Shown here one piece after another: positions 18,933 to 26,920 of a DNA stretch of 36,676 nt. Below the pieces are notes generated by a model, which saw nothing but the letters and a program-made list of their open reading frames with translations, made no database searches and was not told the DNA's origin. Made by a program: the position numbers and the translations under genes. Source of the stretch: an uncultured Muribaculaceae bacterium (GTDB lineage: Bacteria; Bacillota_I; Bacilli_A; RF39; UBA660); the NCBI GenBank assembly GCA_964652065.1, contig CAZYZU010000002.1:1-36676 (forward strand), written 5' to 3'. The number at the start of each line of letters is the position of its first letter. The first letter of the stretch is position 1.

Positions 18933-21349
18933 TGTTAGATAAAAAATATAACGCACAAGAAAAAGAAGAAAAATGGTTAAATTATTGGAAAGAAAATGGA
19001 GTTTATGATTTTAAACCAGATCAAAGAGAAGTTTTCTCAATAGATACTCCACCACCAACAGTTAATGGAAAAATACATATTGGACATATTTTTTCATATT
19101 CACAAACTGAAATGATTGCAAGATATAAAAGACTAAGAGGGTATAATATCTTTTATCCATTTGGATTTGATGATAATGGATTACCTAGTGAAAGATTAGT
19201 AGAAAAAGAACAAGGCAAAAAAGCACATGAAATTGGAAGAGAAGAATTTTCAAAATTATGTTATGAAACTACTGATAAATATGAGGCTGATTTTCAAAAC
19301 TTATTTAGTAAAATGGGAGTTAGTACAGATTGGAATATTCATTACAAAACGGTAAGCCCATCAACAATTAAAATTAGTCAAACATCATTTTTAGATTTAA
19401 TTGATAAAGGACATTGTTATCATAAAGAAAGTCCTGCATTATGGTGCAATGAATGTTTAACATCAATCGCACAAGCAGAACTTGAAACAAAAACAATTAA
19501 AACAACATTTAATTATGTTAATTTTAAAACAGTTGAAGATGGTGAAGAATTTACAATAGCAACTACTAGACCTGAATTATTACCAGCCATTGTATGCGTA
19601 TTTGTAAATCCTAAAGATGAAGAACATAATCATTTAATTGGAAAAACTGCTCATATTCCAGTTATAGATGTTGAAGTACCAATTATGGGTGATGAAAAAG
19701 TAGCAATTGATAAAGGTACAGGAGTTGTTATGTGCTGTACATTCGGTGATCAAACTGATATTGAATGGTGGAAGAAATATAATTTACCACTTAAGTATAT
19801 TTTTACTGCAGATGGTAAAATTATTGATTCTGTACCAAATTATGGTGGAATGAAAATAAAAGCAGCTAGAAAACAAATTGTTGAAGATTTACAGGCAGGT
19901 GGCTTTATTGTAAAAATAGAAGAATTAGAACACGAAGTACAAACACATGAAAGATGTGGAAGAGAAGTAGAATATTCAGTAATGAAACAATGGTTTATTG
20001 ATATTATGAACCATAAAAAAGATTTCTTGAAAATTGGTAATGAAATAAAATGGCATCCTGAACATATGCATAATAGATATAATGAATGGGTTGAAAATAT
20101 TTTATGGGATTGGTGTATTTCAAGACAAAGATATTTTGGTGTACCATTTCCAGTATGGTATTGTAAGGATTGTGGAGAACCTATCTTTGCTAAAAAAGAA
20201 GATTTACCAATTAATCCACTAACAACTAAACCACATATTGATAAATGTCCTAAATGTAATTGCAGTGAATTTGTTGCTGAAACTGATGTAATGGATACTT
20301 GGGCAACTTCATCTGTTACACCACTTATTAATATGAGATACGGTGAAAAAGAAAATTATGAAGACATATTAAAACCAATGAGTATAAGAACAAATGCATC
20401 TGAGATTATTAGGACATGGGATTTTTATACAATTGTAAAAAGTTTTTATCATTTTGGTATGCGTCCATGGAATAATGTTATGATTTCAGGATTTGTTATG
20501 GCAAGTAAAGGTGAAAAGATTAGTAAAAGTAAAGGAAATGCTAAAGTTGAACCAATAGATGTTATTAATCAATATTCTGCCGATGTAGTTAGATATTGGG
20601 CTGGATCAGGAAGACTTGGAACTGATATTGTATTTAGTGATGAAACTTTATTAAGAGGAAGAAAATTAGTTAATAAAATATGGAATGTCTCAAAATTTAT
20701 TGAAATGCATTTACAAGATTATGAAGATAAAGAGTTTAATAATTTTGAATATGTAGATAAATGGATATTGGGAAAATTTCAAGAAATGGAAGAAGGATTT
20801 GTTAAATATTTAGATGATTATGAAGTTGGATTAGCACTTAATCATTTAGAAAAATTCTTTTGGAATTTCTGTGATAATTATATAGAAATAGTTAAGCATA
20901 GACTATATAGACCTGAAGAATTTGGAGATGAACCAAGATATTCAGGACAAAAAACTGTATTTACAATATTATATAAATTATTACAAGACTTTAGTATATT
21001 CTTCCCATTTATTACTGAAGAAATATATCAAGAACTATATCATGGTAATAAATCAGTTCATTTAACTGAAATTAAACCATTAAATTTTGATTTTAGTAAA
21101 GAAATTATTAATGGTGATAAAATGATTGATATTATAAGTCAAGCAAGAGGAGAAAAATCAAATAATAATTTATCTTTAAAAACTCCTATAAAAATATTAG
21201 AATTAGGTGTTAATGAAGAACTTAAAAATGCTATAGAATCTTCTATTAAAGATTTTAAAGCAACATTATTTATAAAAGATTTAAAAATAGATATTTCTAA
21301 TGATGATAAAATAAATAAAATTGAATTAGAAATTGAAACAACAGAGTAA
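18932..21349 (+). CDS. valS: valine--tRNA ligase, divergent type-2 (archaeal/actinobacterial-like), element-encoded
   Basis: 805 aa. HIGH NGKIHIGHIFSY. KMSKS-like GEKISKSKGN. FPFGFDDNGLPSE, GTGVVMCCTFGDQTD, WCISRQRYFGVPFPVWYC. No C-terminal coiled coil. ATG overlaps the upstream TAA. Confidence 0.85.
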   Translation: MLDKKYNAQEKEEKWLNYWKENGVYDFKPDQREVFSIDTPPPTVNGKIHIGHIFSYSQTEMIARYKRLRGYNIFYPFGFDDNGLPSERLVEKEQGKKAHEIGREEFSKLCYETTDKYEADFQNLFSKMGVSTDWNIHYKTVSPSTIKISQTSFLDLIDKGHCYHKESPALWCNECLTSIAQAELETKTIKTTFNYVNFKTVEDGEEFTIATTRPELLPAIVCVFVNPKDEEHNHLIGKTAHIPVIDVEVPIMGDEKVAIDKGTGVVMCCTFGDQTDIEWWKKYNLPLKYIFTADGKIIDSVPNYGGMKIKAARKQIVEDLQAGGFIVKIEELEHEVQTHERCGREVEYSVMKQWFIDIMNHKKDFLKIGNEIKWHPEHMHNRYNEWVENILWDWCISRQRYFGVPFPVWYCKDCGEPIFAKKEDLPINPLTTKPHIDKCPKCNCSEFVAETDVMDTWATSSVTPLINMRYGEKENYEDILKPMSIRTNASEIIRTWDFYTIVKSFYHFGMRPWNNVMISGFVMASKGEKISKSKGNAKVEPIDVINQYSADVVRYWAGSGRLGTDIVFSDETLLRGRKLVNKIWNVSKFIEMHLQDYEDKEFNNFEYVDKWILGKFQEMEEGFVKYLDDYEVGLALNHLEKFFWNFCDNYIEIVKHRLYRPEEFGDEPRYSGQKTVFTILYKLLQDFSIFFPFITEEIYQELYHGNKSVHLTEIKPLNFDFSKEIINGDKMIDIISQARGEKSNNNLSLKTPIKILELGVNEELKNAIESSIKDFKATLFIKDLKIDISNDDKINKIELEIETTE

Positions 21350-21354
21350 TTTTA

Positions 21355-21382
21355 AAACATAGATAATTTCTATGTTTTTTTT
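21355..21382 (+). terminator. intrinsic terminator after element valS
   Basis: AAACATAG-ATAATTT-CTATGTTT followed by a T-run. Confidence 0.7.
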
Positions 21383-21407
21383 GAACAAAATTGGAGGTGA
21401 TAAATAA

Positions 21408-22165
21408 ATGACAGTTTTTAAAATTGAAAAACAAAGGATTTTACTGTAATGAGTAATCATCATTTAAGAGATAGAAACTTAACATATAAGGCTAAAGGAT
21501 TGTTATCATTCATGATATCTTTACCAGAAGATTGGGATTATTCTTTAGCAGGTTTGACAGCGATAAGTAGAGAAAGTAAGGATGGAATAAGATCAATTTT
21601 AAAAGAATTGCAGGATAATCATTACTTGGAAATAGAAAAAGTAAGAGGAGAAAAAGGATATTTTGAATATAATTATTTAATATATGAAAAACCACATTTT
21701 TTGTCATATGAAATTGACAATCAAAATCCATGTATGGAAAATCCACATCTGGATGAACCAGATATGGAAATATCAATACAAATAAATACTAATATATTAA
21801 ATACTAAGGAACAAATAGATAAAGGTGATAAAACAAAATCATCTTTTTTTATTGCTGAAGAACATAATGGCTTAACATTAAATTTGATTAATCGTGGTTA
21901 TATTAATGAATCTGATTTACAAGTTTTTTACTATGATAAAATGTATGATGATTTATTAGATGATGATAATTCATATAGAGATTTGTTAATTATATCTGAT
22001 TATGTTGTAAGTAGAGTAATAAAAAGAGATTTCAAAGATGATGATGGTAATGTAATAAAAAATAAATTTGGTTATTTAAAAGAGGGGATATATGTAAATA
22101 TCAGAAGAAGTCATTTGGATTTAGATGATTTATGGGGATTAAATGATGATGATATTGAAAGATAA
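21408..22165 (+). pseudogene. wHTH replication-initiator-like protein (plasmid/ICE Rep type), N-terminus frameshifted
   Basis: Strong RBS GGAGGTGA before ATG 21408 gives MTVFKIEKQRILL*. The main ORF (21449..22165, MSNHHLRDRNLTYKAKGLLSFMISLPEDWDYS) lies in another frame, and its upstream extension reads KDFTV. Confidence 0.55.
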
Positions 22166-22293
22166 TTTTTGTTTATCCAATTTTATATGATAAAAGAAAA
22201 TTATATTATAATACTAAAAACAGAATTATCCTTTATTGTGATAACTTTTTAATATAGAAAAATTGATATAGTAAAAAAATAAACTAAAATGTA

Positions 22294-22322
22294 TTGACTT
22301 AATTCAATAATAGTAGTATTAT
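22294..22322 (+). promoter_or_regulatory. promoter of leader ORF/RSH/YcaO/precursor unit
   Basis: TTGACT, 17-nt spacer, TATTAT. Confidence 0.5.
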
Positions 22323-22356
22323 TTAACTTAAATTATTTGAAAGGGGATTCTAAACT

Positions 22357-22482
22357 ATGAATAAACTCTTATTAGAAAAACAATTTAATAAAAATAGTTT
22401 TTATTACAAAATCATTTGCAACAATGACTGTTTATGCCTTTCCCTTGATAATATTACTATGTGTAAAAGAGTTCGACTTTAA
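22357..22482 (+). CDS. 41-codon Cys-rich small ORF (leader peptide or second RiPP substrate)
   Basis: MNKLLLEKQFNKNSFYYKIICNNDCLCLSLDNITMCKRVRL. RBS AAAGGGGA. The stop codon lies inside the 5' arm of the downstream terminator. Absent from the ORF track. Confidence 0.4.
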   Translation: MNKLLLEKQFNKNSFYYKIICNNDCLCLSLDNITMCKRVRL

Positions 22483-22511
22483 AATTATTATGTTTTAAAG
22501 TCGTCTTTTTT
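22473..22511 (+). terminator. intrinsic terminator/attenuator immediately upstream of the RSH gene
   Basis: CGACTTTAAA ... TTTAAAGTCG stem followed by TCTTTTTT. Ends 18 nt before ATG 22529. Confidence 0.65.
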
Positions 22512-22528
22512 ATAAGAAGGAGTATTTT

Positions 22529-23968
22529 ATGAGTGAAATTACTGTTGAATATTTATTAAAAAAGATAAAAGAATATAATCCAGAAGAAGAAAAGTCGATA
22601 ATGAAAGCTTATGAATTTGCCAATAATCTACATAGTGGTCAAATTAGACAGAGTGGTGAACCTTATATATCTCATCCATTGAATGTTGCTTATATTCTTG
22701 CTGAAATGAATGCAGATAAAGATACAATTTGTGCAGGATTATTACATGATACTTTGGAAGACACCAATACCACAAAAGAAGATATTTCACATGAATTTAA
22801 TGCTACTGTTGCTAACTTGGTTGATGGAGTAACAAAAATGAGCAAAATGAATTTTTCTTCTAAGCAAGCACAAAATATGGCAAACACAAGAAAAATAATT
22901 ACAGGAATTACTGAAGATGTTAGAATAATAATTATAAAGTTAGCAGATAGATTACATAATATGAGAACATTAGAATTTAAAAGTGAGTTTAAACAAAAAG
23001 AAAATGCACTAGAAACTATGGAAATATTTGTTCCACTTGCTTACTACATTGGTGCATATAGAATAAAATCTGAGTTAGAGGATTTATCTCTACAATATTT
23101 AAAACCAGATATGTATAAGACAATAAAGGAAAAACAACAAAAAATAGAATATGAAAGCAGAGATTGCTTACAAGAAATGTTAGGAAAAATTAAATCAATG
23201 TTAGAAGATAAGGATATTCCTAATGAAATTAAAGTTAGAACTAAAAATATTTATGGAATATACAAAAGATTAAATGATGGACATAAATTATCTGATATTC
23301 ATGATTTACTAGCATTGAAAATAATGGTAGATGAGATTGATAATTGTTATAGAACTTTAGGTATGATTCATCAAGAATATCATCCAATCAATGATAAGTT
23401 TAAAGATTATATTTGTAATCCAAAAACAAATATGTATAGATCATTACATACTACTGTTTTTGGACCTGATGATAGATTAGTACAAACACAAGTAAGAACA
23501 TTTGATATGGATAAGATTGCATCTTTTGGATTAACAGCATATTGGGCAGTACAAAAAGGGAAAGCAAGAGATGTTATGCAAAAAGATTTAAAAGAAAAAT
23601 ATCAGTTTTTTAAATCTTTAACTGAAATCAATACAATGTTTGGGGATAATCAACAATTTGTAAGTCAAGTTAAATGCGAATTATTTGCCGACAAAGTTTA
23701 TGCATACACCACCAAAGGTGATATAATTGAACTTCCTAAAGGTTCAACACCAATTGACTTTGCTTATAAAATTCATACTGATATTGGAAACACAATGGTT
23801 GGGGCTTTTGTAAATGATGAATATGTTCCTGTTGATTATATGTTAAGGAACAAAGATAGGGTAAAAATAATTACTGATGATTTATCATTTGGTCCAAGAA
23901 ACGATTGGGAAGAAAAGGCGCAAACCACATATGCAAAGAGAAAAATAAAAGAATTTAGTAAAAAATGA
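22529..23968 (+). CDS. truncated RelA/SpoT homologue (HD hydrolase + synthetase-like + TGS; no C-terminal regulatory domains)
   Basis: HPLNVA...LLHDTLEDT, DRLHNMRTL (hydrolase). VRTKNIYGIYKRL, DLLALKIMV, YRSLHTTV, QTQVRT (synthetase-like). TGS VYAYTTKGDIIELPKGSTPIDFAYKIH. Ends at the position where the helical/ZFD/ACT region normally begins. Confidence 0.85.
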   Translation: MSEITVEYLLKKIKEYNPEEEKSIMKAYEFANNLHSGQIRQSGEPYISHPLNVAYILAEMNADKDTICAGLLHDTLEDTNTTKEDISHEFNATVANLVDGVTKMSKMNFSSKQAQNMANTRKIITGITEDVRIIIIKLADRLHNMRTLEFKSEFKQKENALETMEIFVPLAYYIGAYRIKSELEDLSLQYLKPDMYKTIKEKQQKIEYESRDCLQEMLGKIKSMLEDKDIPNEIKVRTKNIYGIYKRLNDGHKLSDIHDLLALKIMVDEIDNCYRTLGMIHQEYHPINDKFKDYICNPKTNMYRSLHTTVFGPDDRLVQTQVRTFDMDKIASFGLTAYWAVQKGKARDVMQKDLKEKYQFFKSLTEINTMFGDNQQFVSQVKCELFADKVYAYTTKGDIIELPKGSTPIDFAYKIHTDIGNTMVGAFVNDEYVPVDYMLRNKDRVKIITDDLSFGPRNDWEEKAQTTYAKRKIKEFSKK

Positions 23969-23984
23969 AGTTTGAGGTGATGAT

Positions 23985-26111
23985 ATGATAAATTGGAAAA
24001 AATTCAAACCTATACTTGTTGTTCCTTCGATACCTACTGAAGATGGAATTAGATTTTTATGTCAAGATCAGCAATTGGATATTAATGGAGAAATAGTACC
24101 AATTTTGTGGAAAATTCTTTCTTTATGTAATGGATATAGAACATTAGATGAAATATTTGATGAATCTAAGATAGAATATGATCTTATAAAAGATATTTTA
24201 TCTGAGTTAAATGAACAGAACCTGATTTTTGATGCGTGCGAACAATATAAATATTTTCATTCTATCAGCAGTTATCCTGCAAAATATTTGCAATTATTAA
24301 GTGAAGAAGAAGTAATAAATCATAAAAAAAGTCAGAGAAAAGAAGTTAAAAAAGGAAAAAGTTTATCTTTTAATAATGATCAGGAATCATGTTTATATAA
24401 ATTGCAACTTAATAGAAAGTCCTGTAGAAATTTTTCAAAAGATAGAAAGTTATCATTAAATCAGCTTGGAAATATATGTAATTATGCGTATTCTTTAAAA
24501 AGACATGCAACCCCAAGTGGTGGAGCTCTTTATCCTTTAAAAATCTTTTGTATCGTAACACAAAATCAAAAAGATTTTGATTCTGGTTATTATGAATATG
24601 ATAATGAAAATGATAAGTTGGTACTATATAATTGTAATCCTGATAATGAGCAATTAAAATATTGCTATAATGATGAAAAATTAGCTTTCAATTCTTCTAT
24701 ACAAATAGTTATATGTGCAGACTTTGAAAGACAAGCATATAAATATTCAAATAGAGGTTATAGATTATCTCTAATAGAAGCAGGACAAGTAGCACAAAAT
24801 ATATCTTTATATTGTGAAGAAAAAGGACTATCAACCTGTGAACTTGGTGGTCTGCTTGATATTCCACTTGCTAAGGAATTAGATATATATGATAGTAATA
24901 TTTATCCTGTTTTAGGAATAGCAATTGGATACTCCGATTCTAAAGAAAATTTTAGTTATTCACAATTTTTGTCTAAGTTAACCAATGAATTTGTTGGCGA
25001 AAATAAACCAATAAAAAGTTTTGGAATTAATTACTTGAATATTTTTGATTCATCATTTTATGGTGCTTGGGCAAAATATGGAAATGATTCAAAAAGAATT
25101 GCTGGTGCAACAGCTCTATCTTATAATGAGTCAATTTGCAAAGCAATTATTGAAGGATATGAAAGATATCGTTCTGAAAAAGTAAGAATAGATTACGTTG
25201 GAGAATGTCAAAATTCAAAAAGATATTTTAATCCTGATGATATTGCACCTTTATCAAGCAAACAAAGAATATTGTGGGGATTAAAAAATTATACATTTGG
25301 GGATAAAATAGAATGGACAAAAGATATAACTGGCAAGTATTACATTCCAACGGATTTTGTTTTTTATGGACATAATAAAAAAGAAAAATTATTTTTAAGT
25401 GATTCTTCTGGTATAGCAGCATATTCGGATTATGAAACAGCAAAAAAAAGAGCTCTATTAGAACTTATTGAAAGAGATGCAATAATAAGAAATTGGTATA
25501 ATCAAATATCTGCACCAAAAGTTAATCCAGATATAGTATCTCAACATATAAAAAATAGAATTGAATATTGGAAAAATAAAGGAAGAACAATTCATATAAT
25601 GGATTTAGATTCAATATCTGCATCGGTTTTTCTTGTAGTTATAGTAAGTGATGAATATCCTTGCTTTGTAAGTGGATCATCTGCAGTTATTGATACGGCC
25701 GATAGTGCAATGCTAAAAGCATTGCAAGAAGCAGAATACAATTTGCTGTTAGCAATAGAAAATCCTTTTGAAAATGCACCTGAAATTGACAAAATAAAAA
25801 CCCCTCAAGATCATGGAAGGTATTATCATTTTTTAGAGAATGCAGATAAGATATCTTGGCTATGGAAAAGTAAACTTATTTCTGATAAACAAATTAAAAA
25901 AATTACAGATTTATCTAAGGCAATTGATGAATTAGATACTGTATTTGTTGATTTATCAGATAAGGACTCATCTATAAAAGTAGTTAGAGCTGTTTCTAGA
26001 AAACTTGTTCCTATAAGTTTTGGATACCATAGGGATTATTATTTGCATCATATATTACAAGAAAATGGATTTGATGAAAAAATAAGAAATCTTCCACATT
26101 ATTTTGCTTAA
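23985..26111 (+). CDS. fusion protein: PqqD-like RRE + SagB-type (nitroreductase-fold) dehydrogenase + YcaO cyclodehydratase
   Basis: N-terminus ILWKILSLCNGYRTLDEIFDES...LNEQNLIF (RRE-like). RKSCRNFS...TPSGGALYPLKIF...YKYSNRGYRLSLIEAGQVAQN...CELGG (SagB). AIIEGYERYRS...SSGIAAYSDYETAKKRALLELIERDAI...PQDHGRYY (YcaO). Confidence 0.85.
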   Translation: MINWKKFKPILVVPSIPTEDGIRFLCQDQQLDINGEIVPILWKILSLCNGYRTLDEIFDESKIEYDLIKDILSELNEQNLIFDACEQYKYFHSISSYPAKYLQLLSEEEVINHKKSQRKEVKKGKSLSFNNDQESCLYKLQLNRKSCRNFSKDRKLSLNQLGNICNYAYSLKRHATPSGGALYPLKIFCIVTQNQKDFDSGYYEYDNENDKLVLYNCNPDNEQLKYCYNDEKLAFNSSIQIVICADFERQAYKYSNRGYRLSLIEAGQVAQNISLYCEEKGLSTCELGGLLDIPLAKELDIYDSNIYPVLGIAIGYSDSKENFSYSQFLSKLTNEFVGENKPIKSFGINYLNIFDSSFYGAWAKYGNDSKRIAGATALSYNESICKAIIEGYERYRSEKVRIDYVGECQNSKRYFNPDDIAPLSSKQRILWGLKNYTFGDKIEWTKDITGKYYIPTDFVFYGHNKKEKLFLSDSSGIAAYSDYETAKKRALLELIERDAIIRNWYNQISAPKVNPDIVSQHIKNRIEYWKNKGRTIHIMDLDSISASVFLVVIVSDEYPCFVSGSSAVIDTADSAMLKALQEAEYNLLLAIENPFENAPEIDKIKTPQDHGRYYHFLENADKISWLWKSKLISDKQIKKITDLSKAIDELDTVFVDLSDKDSSIKVVRAVSRKLVPISFGYHRDYYLHHILQENGFDEKIRNLPHYFA

Positions 26112-26157
26112 CATTTAAAATGTTAATATATATTTATATATGAAAGGAGGTGATATT

Positions 26158-26271
26158 ATGGATAAGAAAGTTTTAAATTTCAAAAGTGTTAAATATACAA
26201 AATCAAACTCATTAGCAGCATGCGTAACTGGTGGTGGTGGTTGTGCTTGTGATGATGGTACAGGCGAATAA
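26158..26271 (+). CDS. 37-aa RiPP precursor peptide candidate (azol(in)e-type core)
   Basis: MDKKVLNFKSVKYTKSNSLAACVTGGGGCACDDGTGE. Near-consensus RBS GAAAGGAGGTGA 5 nt upstream. Terminator follows. Absent from the ORF track. Confidence 0.75.
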   Translation: MDKKVLNFKSVKYTKSNSLAACVTGGGGCACDDGTGE

Positions 26272-26288
26272 TCATTATTTGAGTTATA

Positions 26289-26317
26289 ACATCAGATTTT
26301 AATCTGGTGTTTTTTTA
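26289..26317 (+). terminator. intrinsic terminator after precursor gene
   Basis: ACATCAGAT / ATCTGGTGT stem followed by T7. Confidence 0.7.
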
Positions 26318-26371
26318 TAATTAATTATAATTATCATCTGATATTAATTGGGTAAGTAAAAAATGTAGCTA

Positions 26372-26815
26372 CTAACTACATTTTTTTGTCTTTCCTAGGA
26401 TATCATCTATTGAAATTTTATAATATTTTGCAAAATCTACTAATAAAGAAGTAAGTATTAATGTTTTTCCTAATTCATACTTAGAATAATTTGACTGATC
26501 TGTTTGTATGATTTTAGCAATTTTTTCTTGGGTATCATTATGCTTTTTTCTAATGTTTTTTAGATTGTTAGCAATGATATTTATATTTAATTCCTGATTT
26601 ATTATTTCTATATTTTTATTATTAGATAATCCACAAATATAATCTATACTTATATTAAAATAATTGACAAAATCATTTAGTTTTAATAATGGTATTGTGT
26701 CAATTCCATTTTCCCAACCTGCATAGGTAGATCTACTAACACCTAAAATTTGTGCCATTTCATTTTGTGTTTTATCAAAGTTTTCCCTAATATCTTTCAT
26801 TCTATTATAATCCAT
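26372..26815 (-). CDS. XRE-family regulator with two tandem HTH domains
   Basis: TQNEMAQILGVSRSTYAGWENG and TQEKIAKIIQTDQSNYSKYELG repeats. Confidence 0.85.
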   Translation of the reverse strand: MDYNRMKDIRENFDKTQNEMAQILGVSRSTYAGWENGIDTIPLLKLNDFVNYFNISIDYICGLSNNKNIEIINQELNINIIANNLKNIRKKHNDTQEKIAKIIQTDQSNYSKYELGKTLILTSLLVDFAKYYKISIDDILGKTKKCS

Positions 26816-26920
26816 GTAAACACCTCTTTAATAATTTTCTCATTTATAAATAAATAATTTAAAAAGTGTCGGGTATAGTCCTAAAATGTGATATAATATT
26901 TAAATGAAAGAGGTGATTTT

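Noticed and set aside
18021-21349. The two adjacent valS reading frames as a simple tandem duplication
   Set aside because: Beyond the first 7 residues the proteins belong to different ValRS types with different motif spacing, and the first copy continues 12 kb downstream.
22166-22293. TTATCC-containing stretches downstream of the Rep-like gene as DnaA boxes or iterons
   Set aside because: There are only two short partial matches in very AT-rich DNA, with no regular spacing or repeated unit of 10 nt or more.
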